Assembly (NCBI GenBank): GCA_026770705.1 | Contig: JANJGN010000038.1 | Location: forward strand, 4,216,001-4,280,000 | Reading direction: 5' to 3' | From: Isurus oxyrinchus | Taxonomy: Eukaryota | DNA: 64,000 nt | In this document: positions 24,546 to 37,729 of the stretch, piece by piece | Position numbering within the stretch: position 1 is the stretch's first letter | How the letters are laid out: each line of letters starts with the position of its first letter | Program-made: the position numbers and the translations under genes | The notes under the pieces: model-generated | Told to the model about the DNA's origin: nothing | Seen by the model: only the letters and a program-made list of their open reading frames with translations | Database searches by the model: none

Positions 24546-25569
24546 ATCAGCTCCAGTTGTTGTGAATTCTCTGAATTCCCTGCTTCAATCAGCCGTCGCA
24601 CTGCTGTTATTCCTTTACAGATTTGTGGATCAGTGGTGGCACTCTGGCCTCAGAATCAGAAAATGTTATTTTATGTCCCAGTCTGGAGATTGCGTTTTTA
24701 ATATAGACTGGCATTTCGGTGTAGAACTGTGGGAGCTTTCGAATGTATTGTACTGTAGCCCCGTTTGCTTCCTCTGTTACACATAAATGATTCATTGGCA
24801 TATTTCAAGAAGGGCATTGCAGCTCTCCCAGTGCCCTGAATTAATACTTCATGCTGGCAGAGCGGCAGACTCCGTCTGAACATGACTTTAATGGTGGAAT
24901 GTGTTGTCAACATTGGGAAGGGGCAAAGATGAAGAAACTACAACCACTTGCATACGCTTATTCGGACAGCAGGCACGTTCTGTTGAAGAGTTATGCGGAC
25001 TCCAAACGATAACTGTGTTGCTCCCCGCAGTTGCTGTCAGAAATGCTGAGGTTTTTAGATGTACTTTTATTTTTGATTTCGTTTATTGCAAATGTGGCTC
25101 ATCCCACCTTTTGACACCGAATACACGGTCTACAGATTCAACATCAATATCTATTGTATAAAATGGCAAACTGCATTTGATATTCACAAGTCTATAACTT
25201 GGTACTCCGCGGTATATCTGTGTGTGCAGGAATAGACAGTGTTAAAGTCACACGGAATCTGCTCAATAACAGAACAGTTGTGGTGTATCAGTTGTGGGCT
25301 ACAACATTCAGTTGTGACAGTGAAAACTTCACATTACATATTGAAGAATTTCGATGGGAGGAATGGAAGAACGAAATCAGGAAGGGCTGAGGAAGGGTGA
25401 AGTTAGGAAGCTGAGTAGGATGGAAGGGAGGAAACTAAAGATCTGCCTGATCTGTTGGTGAACATCTATCAGCAATCAATATAATAAAAAGGGGTGACAT
25501 CGTCAGGATCACATTGCTGCTTTTTGGGGGTTTGCTGGGCTAAAGTTTCCTGACGTGCTTCCTAAATTT

Positions 25570-25950
25570 CTTATAGTTCTTTCATAGGATATTGGCGTCG
25601 CTGACAAGACCTGCATAAGCTGTCCATCCCTAAATGTCACTGAGCTGAATGGCTTGTTAGGGTGTTTCATCAAAGGGCAGTTAACATTCAATCTGTAGTC
25701 ACATAGAGGCCAGACCAGGTAAGGGCGACAGATTTCTTTCCCTGAAGGATATCAGTGAACCACATGGGTTTTGTGACAATCATTGATAATTCACAGACAG
25801 GATCATTGAAATGAATTATAAATTCAGATTTTGTTAAGTTAATTTTACCAGCTTTCTGTGGTGGGATTTGAATAGGCATCCTCCAAAGATGAGCCTGAGT
25901 GTCTGAATAATTACTCTGGTGACATTGCTACTAAGCCATTGTCTGCTCTT
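25570..25950 (-). mobile_element. HE1-like SINE
   Basis: Reverse complement of the 54001-54288 type: ccatccctaa tail, ggtaagggcgacagatttc, gtggtgggatttgaa (box B). Confidence 0.75.
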
Positions 25951-27089
25951 AAGAGGTGATGTTGCACGGCGTAACTTTACACGTAAAGTATGTAAAGAGC
26001 AGCCTTAGTTTCATGTTTTCCATGAAAACATTCCCCACCCCCTTGTCTGTTCCGATCCTAATTCATGTCCTTTATTTAAAAAAATAAATAAATTCTATAA
26101 TCAGTTCCCCAGAAATGCACTTGGAGAGTGAACATGTAGTGTCACCAGCGTTTTCAAATGTTTAATCATTTTCTTTGAATATTTTGTCTCATAGAATTGC
26201 CCTACTTTCCATTCAGTCTTTTTCTTCTGTCACCACTCAGTTGGAGATAAGGAGCCGCCATTAGAGCCGGAAGTGCACCTGTCTGGTTCTGTCCCACCTT
26301 GTACCGCAACTGTTGCTCCCAGGTTACAGCAGCGGCGAGAAGCGTCACCTCACGAGGTGGTTTTAACATCACCTCAACGGCTAAAAATGCCCACGTGTGT
26401 TTCAGGTCTCATGGAAGCTTTGCTATGGCAAAAGCGATATAGTTAGCATTTCATTCACTATGCAAATTATTGCACTTGTTAATGTCACCGAAGGAAGTAA
26501 AATACAAAGTACCGTTTAGATGAGCAGTTGGTAACTAATAATGTAACAAAATTGTCCACAGGGGAAACCTTTTATTTATATGTCCCTTGTTTATTTTTTG
26601 TGAACTTCGTGCAGGACTCTAATATTCTAGTGCCTTTAATGGGACTCAAACAGAAAAAGAAAGGTTCAATATTTACAAAATATCCCGTGCAAGTTACTGA
26701 CTTATGCCACGTTCTGTGACACGCTACATTATATACAAGACGTTGGTGAACTTCAGTGCATTTGGTGAAATTCAATCGTAATGTCCAGCTGTTAGTGATT
26801 GCAACAAGTTCACAAATACGTCGAGAGCGAATAACCTAAATTAGATACTATAAAAATATATTGCTTCCTTCCCTCTGAATAAAATCGTTATCCTGTTTGG
26901 ATTTTTGATGCTTGCAGCTTGTGCGATTGTAACATTTCCTTTCTCATTGCCTGGAGACTCGTAGCCGTGTTTTACCCGAAAGATTGAACATTATGACATA
27001 TCACTGGGTACACAAGAAGGGAACATCGACCCTCAATGCGGCTACTTTCAGAGGTCAATTTGTGCCAGATTCTATAGGTTACTGTGTTA

Positions 27090-27539
27090 ATGAAAACGGC
27101 AGTGCGCTTACTCTTTTTCGGTGCCGTATTTGGAGCACTTATCATGGATAAGTATTCTTGGTAGTAATTTTGAACCAAACGTAACAGCACTTTATAAATG
27201 GGATAGCTTTTGCATTTTCCATTTAAAGCTGGCCTGACTCAGGAAATCTCTGTGACACAACGCCTCCTGACAGTGGTTTGGACAAAAGGAGGCATTACAA
27301 TTTCAGACTGCATCTATTTCAGTACCAAAGGTTCCTTCAGCTTATTCTGGGTCCTACAATACCCGGGCAAAGAATCACAAATTCTACTTCACAGGGTTTC
27401 GGCTGGTTGCCAAATGAGAGCACATTCTGCTCGAAGTATTTTCTCGTCTGTACTGGTCACTACGAATACCATCATTACCTTAAAATTCTCCAAACTGCGG
27501 CTCTCTGATGCAGCCTATGTATTACTGCGTATTGATGCT
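27090..27539 (+). pseudogene. TRAV/DV: TCR alpha/delta-type V segment 2 pseudogene (leader 27090-27147, V exon 27229-27539)
   Basis: Leader MKTAVRLLFFGAVFGALIM with donor mutated to ATAAGT; V exon ISVTQ..DC..LFWVLQYPGKESQILL..LKFSKLRLSDAA, then a +1 frameshift before MYYCVL. Confidence 0.85.
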
Positions 27540-27578
27540 CACAGCAATTAGAACCAGCCCGACACTTGTACAATAACT
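27540..27578 (+). other. RSS, 23-bp spacer
   Basis: CACAGCA + 23 bp + ACAATAACT. Confidence 0.85.
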
Positions 27579-30500
27579 TGATGGGCCCTTGTGACTTGGA
27601 GGTAAGCTCTCATTGCGACTGTGGAGCCTGGTAGTGAGAAGAACAACACTACGGTGTGCTGTCAGAGTCACAGGACAAATATAATGTAGCGGTTCAGATA
27701 AATATTTGCAAACTGTACCAAAGGCCCAAATGTATCAACATGGCCTATAGAGTGGATTGAGTTCGATTTAGTTTCCAAGTTATCGATCCGAACATGAAAG
27801 TCATATTTCTCTGGTGCATCTCTAGTGAAATAGCAAAGAAAGACTTCAGCAAGGACTGGGTTTACATTATAATGATTTTAAAAAAAAACTTTGTTGATGA
27901 CGTGAGTTGCAGTGCATAACGCATAGTTTAACTGAAAGCATTTCCAAGCGGTGAAGGGAGATCAGTTCAATCAAGGTCAGATTTATTTGCTTGGGAGGTC
28001 ACTTTGCTTACTATAGATAAGTCAGGAATGAGCTTGTCTTCATCTCTCTTGGGTATGTGGTAACCTTCAGGTCCATACGGTATAACTTCAGAAAATGCCT
28101 CCATCGAGGCAGGTGACATAAGAAATGCAGGGAGTCCCTGTTTGGCGCTGTAATTGTCGTCCGTTGAATGATTAGATTGGCAGTTCAGCCAAGGGCAAAG
28201 TTTTTCGAGTGATCCTTGCTAAAGCTGATTTTTTTCGCAGCTAAACCTGGTGAAGTAATGTCTGGAACACGTAACATGTAATAAGAGAGAAAATAATGGT
28301 CAAAGGGTTGATGTTAGGGCAGGTACGCATCAGCCGGTCCTCTTCAACCAGGGAGCTGTAATAGGAATTCCCCAGAAACTTGTGTTGCCCGAAACACTCT
28401 ATTAAATGCAAATGATGAATAAAATCCTTCTGCAACTTCAAACTTTCAAAGCGTAGAAACTACACCTGAACTCAGAAAAAAAAATCAGTGCCAAACCGAT
28501 GACTAATTTCAGTGCTATTCTAAAATTCATACCGTTAACATTGTTAATGATGCGCTTCTGTTCATTAAAACACTCAGAAACAAGTGGAGACGGATTTCAG
28601 CCAGGTGGAAAATCGAATTTAATGATGCATCACAAACAATGGAAATAATGTTGAAACCCATAAATTTAAATTGCATTATGTTAAAGCATCATGAAATATG
28701 TTTTCATACGTAGTTTGCTATCCCATATCTGCCTTCATATGTATTACATTTTATAGGTATTACATTTTAAACCTGCAGAAAGTCCTTTGAAAATCTATAT
28801 GAGAAATTGTTATCAATATTATTTTTCTATGTATGGGTGATGACTATGAATGCAAACATATGGCCTTGAACTTATTAAATTGTCAGATAACATAAATTTA
28901 ACATAAAGGGAGACCATTCACTAAAATTACAACACATCGATAAAAGGAAATGTCTGCCATATTTGTCACATGTCTTACAAAGGCATCAGGACGAAACAGA
29001 TCCCACACATTACCATCTCTGTTCTATTCTAGATGACGAAAACGAGCAGAGAATGTTAGAATTAATATTTTTTCTATCCTATTCATATGGATAAAATAGA
29101 TAAGATACAGAAGCAAGATTAGGTTATTCTGACACTCCAGGCTCCTTTGTCACTCGCTAGAATCCAGACTAAAATTATTGACTGAAATTCCTTGCAACAT
29201 TTATTTGATTGTCTTTGATTTCTCGATATCTGTCTTGAATAAACATACAGTCCATTTGCGGTCGAGATTTCCAATGATTCACAATTATCTGAGTGTGAAC
29301 ATTTATTGCGACCTCAGTTCTAAGTGGTCGATCTCTTAGTTAGCACGTAATATATTAATTACACCAAAAACCCTAAGTCTGGACTAGCACCCAGTATTTG
29401 ACAAAGGCTTAGAGGAAAATCATTCCTCTATTAGGAAATTTATGATCCTGAGCAGCCATCTCTGTTCGTCCTGTGACCTACAAATTTTGGTTTCATATAA
29501 CTCCAGGAGCTCTTGCCCCCTGATAAAATCGCGTATTTAATCCATATTACCTTTCCTCACTATACCTACCAAAATGGAGAATTTAATACTTCTCCGAGAT
29601 AAGTGTTACCTGTTATGTGAGTGTCTGTATCACCAGAATGCGTCAATTATTTCCCACGTCACTAGTGGATTGCATAACTTCCAATAATCTGCAAAGCTAG
29701 ATATTATGGCCCGAAAACCAATTGAAATTATCCTAATGTGCGGTCTCGATGATTCTAAGCCTTCCATGTGGCCTGAACGTTTCTTCACGCTCAAAGAGCC
29801 TGAGCTGGACAACGAGCAACTGGAGGTACACCTGCTTGTGTTGAGAAAGAGGACAAACAAATCGTCCTGGACTTCCCAAATGGCACATAAATTACATGCA
29901 ACAAGACTCCGTCTCCATGCTCAGTGCCGAAGGCGAGCTAATTTAATGTTAAATATGAGACATTTTTCTGTCATTAATGCGTGAACATTTCTATGACTTA
30001 TTCACGTAATTAAAAGATAAAACTATGTAAATACACCTCCGGACCATGATTGTCCGTGTAGCTCTTTGGATTTGTGCTTGCAAACACTCAGCACTGCAGA
30101 GATACGGCCCGGTTGAAAAGCTAAACCAAAAAAAGTTGCTTTAAAAGTCCTAACTGGTTTGCATTCTAACCAATAATAATAACAAACAAAATGTAAGTGT
30201 TTGCAGTTTTAAAAATGGAAGCAGATAATAGTTGACTTTAAATGGGGCCCGATGTCTGCTTTGTTCCCCGGACCAACAATTCACTGCTTGTTAATCAGCG
30301 TTAGGAAGAATGTACTAATGTTGACTCATCTGTGGATCGTCACTCGTAATAGCTTAAGCATGGCAGGCACTTCTTGCTATTGTCACACTGAGTGCTGTAA
30401 AAAGTGTCTCAAACACAATTTGTTTTTAATACCCCAGAGATGGTGAACAATACTATAAGATATCTTCTGGAAACTTCATTTAATATAAAGCAGATCAACA

Positions 30501-31129
30501 TTCAAAATTTCACGCGCGTTTTCCAAAATGTACGAAAATATCCTATATCCACTCGGTGATATTTCAAATAAAGACATTTTTTTTAAAAAGCCGAACGCTT
30601 AGAAATCAGACTGTCCTGATCAATTGTTCCTGCAGTGTCAGCAGATCAATGAGGAAACTATCATTGAAATAATATATATTATTGATTTTAAGGGAAACAC
30701 GAGTCTCTTATTGTGATGCGGGTCGAATTTCTGTCACGCTAATGTATAAAACCTCGGCTGCTGAACCCGCCAGCAATAACCTCGGGGTTGTATTTGAGGG
30801 CGGCGCTGCACTGAGTATTACTTCCTTTCCTAAATGATGGAACTTACCCTCGTGACCAGCAATGGCGAAGTAACATGCGGGAGAAGCTGTCGGTGCGTTT
30901 GATTTTCGGATGTATGAATCAATGAAGCAGGTCCAGCCTATCCTTTAGTCCCTCTTACATTTCTCTAATTCTGCAACAATACTTTGAGCAGAATCTAGGC
31001 CCTTTCAATGCACACGATGCAAGAACATTTCAGACTGATATTAGTGTCCATTCCAGTCAGTTTTATAACATGTGAGTATTTAAATGTGTAAAACAATACT
31101 GACAGAATGTGCAAAATTTTATTACATTT

Positions 31130-31860
31130 TGTCCCTCCAAATATGTAAGCGTAGTTATTACGAACATTATTAATGACCTGGAGTAAATGAAAGTGAATTA
31201 TACACCCAAGATTGCATATTTAATTAAATTATGTATGTGGCTGTACGAGGAAGTTGACGGAATAAATAAATGGATACAATGTGGCAGATTGAGTTTACTG
31301 TGTGCAGGTGTGAGGGCTTTCACCCTGAACCTCCAAAACCTAAACGTGGAGAAAGGAAGGAATTTAAAGAGACTTAAGTGTCCACTTTTACAATCATTGA
31401 AAGCGAGTAGAGGGACAGAAAATACCATCAGAATGGCGAAAACAAAGTGAGTCCTTATAGAAGATAACTGGGACATGGAGCAGCAAAAGTTAGACTTCAG
31501 TTGTCTGGTCAGACGGTATCTGCATGAATGCATTCAGCTCTCTGCGCCTCACCAAAGGCAACATTAATTTGCTTCCTAGTTAATACAGCACAGATTCACC
31601 AGCAGGATGCAGGAGATATGATATGCAATTATGGGGAAGGGTAGCAGAATTGTCCGTTGTATTCCATTGACCATCGAGTCTTGAAAGGAGAGCTGTTAGA
31701 GGTGGTTTACTGTTTAACTGTTTGACAGGGTAGATACAGAAAAAAAAAATCTTCTTATAGGAGAATAAAGGACGAGCGTATATAATCTTAAAATTAGAGG
31801 TAGGCTATTTTTGAGGGAAAACTGAATTTCTTCCATGGAGAAGGTTGTGAATCCGAAGCT
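31130..31860 (+). mobile_element. Diverged CR1 LINE fragment
   Basis: attaatgacctgga; ttggtcagacc-like ctggtcagacggtatctg..tgcattcagctct; gattcaccag; ataatcttaaaattagag, all CR1 RT C-terminal patterns. Confidence 0.5.
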
Positions 31861-32659
31861 CTTGACTCCATTCGAAGCGTTAAGTAGTTAGACAGGATAT
31901 GCAGCGCAGAAACAGGGTGCTCAGCCCAACAAGTCTGTGCATCTGATTACGCTAAGTAAGAGAATTCCCGTACAACTCTTCATCTATCTTATATGTATGC
32001 TACGACTTCTAGTATCTCCCACAAGTAGAGACGTTTTCCTTATATATGTCTTCTCGAATACTTCTGTAACCCAAAGGCTATTATAGGGGCAAAACCCACT
32101 TTATTCATTTCTAGATATACGAGATAAATCGTTGTCATGGTATCTGGCCAGTATGATCTCAAAATTCGGGTCATGAGATTAAAAACAAATGCATCGAAAT
32201 AGAAACTAGAACTTAGGACAGAGATTCACGCGTGACCTAACGAAGTTCCGTGTATCAGAAAAGCAACTTTTCTGATTTTCAGCTTTCCTCCCTTTAGAAA
32301 TGAAACCCAGTTTTCTTCTTATGTGCCCAATTGCCTTGATAAACTCTATCGCTGCTCATCCTGCAACAGTCCCAGCAGACTTCCTTGTCCTCTGCCACAT
32401 TTAGGCTCTATTTTCTCAAGGGGTATCTTACCTCTTTATTAACTCAAACAAGAATGAATGACTACACACACAAACACAATTTTTTGTATTTCTTTCGCTA
32501 TATTTCCAAGATGTTCCTTAGCTAAGCACAATTACATCATGTGGTAATGGGCTAAGGAAAGCAAATAAATTTATGCATCAGACGAAATGATAACTAATTG
32601 AATATGGAGCAGGGCTGTAGAGTTGAAAGTCAAACAGCTGCTCCTATGTTCTGAGATAC

Positions 32660-32975
32660 ATGTTGGGACAGATTAGAGCTGGTGGCTTTGCTCTAGTGAT
32701 CACTTTGTGTGTTAAATGTAAAGAAGATGCTATACAAATTTATCCATTACAGAATCCGGGTGAACAGAAAGGATGTTGATACACTGCTGCAAAACCATCC
32801 CATTCTCTGTGATATATTGGTAAGTTCAGTCTCCGAACCAGAGCCCAAAGCTGCTTCTAATGGTGTCGGCAAACAGTGACTTTAGAGCCGTCATTCGTAG
32901 TTTGTTGAAAAGCAACTCCCTGACCATCTCAGCCTTGAGTCTCACAGACACTGCCACCTACTTCTGGGCTGTACA
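32660..32975 (+). pseudogene. TRAV/DV: TCR alpha/delta-type V segment 3 pseudogene
   Basis: IHC..VIYW*VQSPNQSPKLLL..NSLTISALSLTDTATYFWAV: stop after W41, C104 changed to W, frameshift in FR1; leader-like MLGQIRAGGFALVITLCV at 32660. Confidence 0.8.
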
Positions 32976-33013
32976 CACAGTGTAGCAAGGAGCGAGAACG
33001 CTGTACAAAAACG
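32976..33013 (+). other. RSS, 22-bp spacer
   Basis: Perfect heptamer CACAGTG + 22 bp + ACAAAAACG. Confidence 0.9.
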
Positions 33014-33789
33014 TCATCTCCTATTAATACCCTATCTTTACAAAGAAGAATTAATGAAGTCGATTTTGGATGATGATGTAAATTAGGTTATAAAGAAATT
33101 GGTAAGAGGTTTTATGGCTGCCTGTTTATGGTTTTACTCACTTTACCACACGGAAAGTTAAACCAACCCACTGAATATTATCGTTGGCTTAAAACCTCAT
33201 CTCAGAAAGAAATAGATCATTAAAATAATATAGTCAGCTTTACGAGCTATAAACGTGGACCCGAAATAAAATACCTTCACTCCTCAGAGTTTTCGAACCA
33301 GAAAAATTATACCAGGGTAGAATATTACTACAGGTATATTACAGTAAGAAAAAACTCTTTAAACGTTTACCAATATCCGCACTTAGAAAGCAAACTTACA
33401 ATTTCTATGATATTGTTACTTATATGTGGGTTCGTGAGAATTTCAGTATGAGGCTACAACTCATATCTATATCAATACTATATCATCGAATATAACCTAG
33501 CAATCCTATGTAAGATAGCATAAAATTATAAATCCACTGCATTGAACAATCTGGATATTCAAACAAATATTGATTTGAAGAACTTATTCTTAAAATCCAA
33601 TATAATTTCTTAATAGTACAGTGTACATTTGTCTTAACTTTTAAAGGGAATTCTCTCATAACTCAACCCTTTGTATCCTAAAGATGGCTGAACTATGTCT
33701 CTCTAGTTTTGTGTCTGGGTAATGGCTTTTACAGGGGCATGCGTCTTGTCTCTGTAGCTTCCTGTACTATCTGGCATTGTTCATTGTAT

Positions 33790-34657
33790 TCTACATTTTT
33801 TTCCCGTCAACCTTTGCTTAACTGTGAATCTTTGAGGGTCAGATGTTTACTATGTAGCTTCTACAGGTTTTTGGCTGCGCTCCAATGGCAAGACATTCAA
33901 GACTGATTTATGAGTTCCCAGGCGTTCTGTTTCTTGTGTTGACAGGATTATAGGCAATGATACAGATGCTGCATAGTATAGTTTAATTGTTACTTCAATA
34001 TTGTAATTTACACCTCAATTTCTTCATTAAACGGGTCATTTATTTTAAATGGTTAGATATTAATTTACATTGATATCAATGTAAATTTAACTCACGATGG
34101 TTACGGTGTGTACAAAGCTCATCTAATTTGTTGATGGATCGTGCGAATACAGTTGAATTGACAGGGGGTGACAGCTGATTCGCAGGATTTGTATTTGGGC
34201 CTCAGAGTTTCACCGCATTTAGGAGGATCAAAATGAAGCAACCATAAGTTTTGTATCCAAATTGCTGCCGAAAATAAGCCATGTGGTACAGTAAATAGTT
34301 TACAGAAGAACAGGACATTGCGAAGGATTGTTGTTGGATAACTGAGTGAGCAAACTGTGGGAGAAGGAATACAATTTGTGGAAGAGAATTTTTCTCTGGC
34401 GCTTTAAGCTTAACCATTGCACGTCACCATATTTTCTATTTAGCGTGAAACTATAAATGATAGTGGTAAGTATTTTCCATGTTATTGTTTACCCACCACA
34501 TGTTTATTGCTGTTCGATTTGCAATGCGTAACTTTAACATCAATCATTTCAGTCGATGATCTATTATGAAGACCATTTTTAACTCCGTTGCTGCGGTTAA
34601 CAGCTGCATTCAATTCACCTTAGAAGTGCACTTTGTTGTCAAGGCTGTGTGGTAACC
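33790..34657. repeat. ~850-bp direct duplication, copy 1
   Basis: Collinear with 35680-36532 (e.g. ttgacagggggtgacagctgattcgca occurs in both). Confidence 0.9.
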
Positions 34658-35481
34658 TTCGAAGCCGGAATTCATTATGCTCATAGCCACTTTATTTAGC
34701 TCAACTAAATTTTGAAACCTCAGTGATCATTCGGAAAGCCTTGGGTTTGATCCCTACTTCCGATCTCGTGTCTGTAGACGAGCTCCATGCCCCTGAGATT
34801 GTCCAGCACTGTCTATTCTGTCGTCCTTCTGACGAGGCTCTAAGCCAAGGCCTTGCTGTTTTATCAGTTGAAAATCCACACTACTGCTGCGAGACCTGAT
34901 CTTCCACTACTGCAATCACTGAACTGCAAAAAAGCCTTTGATGCGCTTTGACTTGTTTCCACAGGGGCAAAACTCAAATTTTCTTTTTGATCGTACCTTG
35001 GTTCCTTCTGATATTTATTAGGAATTCGTTATTACCCATATCTTATGTCCTGTCATTCGATTGCTTTCATTGTTATAGTGGTTTAACGTTTCATAATGTT
35101 ATCATTTACTGTATTTATAAATGAATAAATGTACTAAGCTTTTATCTGTATTTTTATGCCATTCTCAGGTTGTCCTTTTGCCAATTTAATGACGATCAAT
35201 TCCTTCTACTTCTAGATTACATAAAATTTACATCAGTCGGAAAGTAGTGTTTTGTGTCATTTTATATTCCGACTTCCACTTTATCTGCGACAATATAAAT
35301 AAAAAATGGACCAGCATTAATACATTGGCAAAGTAGTCAGTTCCAGCGTTGAATGAAGTATTGTTGGTCCATGTGCCATACCATTCTCCCGCCAAACGGA
35401 CGTTGTAGCTGGGAGATTCAGCACTAATTCTTCCCTTCTCTCTCCTCTCTCTCTCTCTCTCTCACTCTCTCTCCCTTGCAG

Positions 35482-35637
35482 CTAACTTGTTGACTATCGT
35501 GATCCGTTCCCGAGGAAGATGTGGTCTTTCCAGATACGCAGAGTCCATGGCGGTGACAGATCTCCAAGTTATTATCATTACACTGGTATTAAGCCGGTTT
35601 ACGGCTGTTTATTTTCCAGTCAGTTTCCTGAGCCACT
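35482..35637 (+). pseudogene. Truncated GPR139-like exon 2 fragment (D)
   Basis: CT tract and ttgcag acceptor; ANLLTIVIRSRGRCGLSRY(deletion)..SMAVTDLQVIIITLVLSRFTAVYFPVSFLS, after which homology stops. Confidence 0.8.
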
Positions 35638-35679
35638 CAAAATACGAAACGGAAACATTCTGAATCTGAATTATACGTA

Positions 35680-36532
35680 TTTTTTTTCCGGAATTAGGTC
35701 TTTTCAATGTTTGTTCAACTGTGAAGCATGAGGGTCAGATGTTTACTGTCTAGCTTCTCCGGATGTTTGGCTGTCCTCCAACAGCAAAACATTCAAGATT
35801 GTTCTATGTGTGTCCGCGATTTCTGTGTCTTGTGTTGACGGACGTTTTGGTAATGATACAAATGCTGCACAATGTAGTTTAATTGTTACTTCAATAATGT
35901 CATTAAAACCAGAATTTCTTAGTTAAACAGGTCATTTATTTTACATGCCTAGATGTTAATTTAAATTGATATCGACATAAATTTAATTCGCGATGGCTGT
36001 GGTATGTACAAAACTCATTTAATTTGTTGATCGGTAATGTGAATACAGTTCAGTTGACAGGGGGTGACAGCTGATTCGCACGATTTGTATTTGGGTCTCA
36101 GCTTTTCACCGTATTTAGAAGGCTCAAAATGAAGCAACAGTAAGTTTTGTATCCAAAGTGCTGCCAAAAACAAGCCATGTGATACAGTAAATATTTTGGT
36201 TAAGAAGAGGACATTGCGAAGGGTTGTTGTTGGATAACTGAAAGAGCAAACTGTGGGAGAAGGAATATAATTTGTGGGAGGGTGTTGTTTTGTGGCGATT
36301 TGAGCTTAACCATTACAGATCAGCATATTTTCTAATTGGCGTGAAACTATAAATGATAGTGGTATGTATTTTTCCATATTTTTGTTTACCCTCCACATGT
36401 TTATTCGTAAATTTATCAAATAGTTGCAATCGATTAACTGTTATGAAGAGCACTTTTAACTCTGTTGCTGCTGTTAACTGCTCCATTCAATTCTCCTAAG
36501 ATGCATTTTGTTGTCAACGCTGTGTGATACCC
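35680..36532. repeat. ~850-bp direct duplication, copy 2
   Basis: Collinear with 33790-34657. Confidence 0.9.
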
Positions 36533-37729
36533 ATCGGAGTTCATGACTGATGTAATCCTGGCCTTAACTCCGTTTTCCTGCCAGACTGAGTAACCATTGG
36601 ATCTCCTGTCGATCAATAATTTGTCTAACTATGCCTTGAATATATTTAGTGCCCCTGCCGTCTCTTGTTTTCTGGAGAAGACAATTCCAAAGTCTCCAGA
36701 ACCTCCTCATCCCCTGGTACTTTTGCCTATGAACCTTCCTTTATCAGTAACAATAGACCTAGATTTTGTCATGGAAAATCACAATGAATAAAATCTCTCC
36801 GGCCGAGATCAGTCTGCACTGAAAATCATGCTACAGAACTGCAATTACGCAAATTGAATGTAACCTCACTGATCAAGACATCTGCACACGAAGCATAGCT
36901 GCTGGGAAATTAAAAGGTTCACAGTGATCAATTGGGACTGTCCACCACAGTGAACCACAGAAGCTCAAATTAAAAGTAAGAATGCAGAACTAAACCAGTC
37001 CAGTCTGAATGCAAATGTCCATGTACACATTTATTAACACCGAGCAGACTTTCATAAATCTACACGAAACATAACCATGCTCGGCCAGTCCTGTCTCCAT
37101 CGAATACAGCAGTAATGAAATTGATTATTCTATATGGAATGTAATCACGCTGAAGTGAAATTTTCCACTGCAAGAAAGAAAGTGTTCACAGCCGGGGCTG
37201 TGCACATTGTACGTAGTTGTGTTCCACTGGACAAAGTTGACAATAATCGGGCAAAAAGTCGTCCATGAACATTCAGTGTAACAGGATAGAAATTGGCCTG
37301 TTCGTACTGAGTGCAGCTGTGCACAATTTAACCTGAATGCAGTGAATGCAATTTACTGAACTGGACAGTCACACCAGCGTGATAATCCCCTAAACTGGTT
37401 TTCCACTAAACAGTGATTGCTAACGAGCTGAACAGGACTTTCTACATGGCTTATAACTATGTTGATTTGGAGCGCTCCATCATTCTCTGAATGTGAGTGG
37501 ACTGAGCTTAGACTGAAAGCACCAAGCACACACGTTATGAACTGGATCTTGCCACACAAAATGTAAATTCACACACCTGTGCACATTGGTTATTGCCGGG
37601 ATTGACATGGCTACACTAACTGAATTGAACTAGTCCACAATGGAAGTAACCGTGCCAAACCAGGCATGCGCACTGTGAATATAACCGTGCTGAGCTGCAC
37701 ATTTCTACACTGAATGTAAACACCCTGAA

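Noticed and set aside
3503-33013. A V exon spliced directly to an Ig TM exon, forming a novel single-domain receptor
   Set aside because: TM copy 1 is upstream of the V segments and copy 2 is on the opposite strand; the V exons end in RSS rather than splice donors
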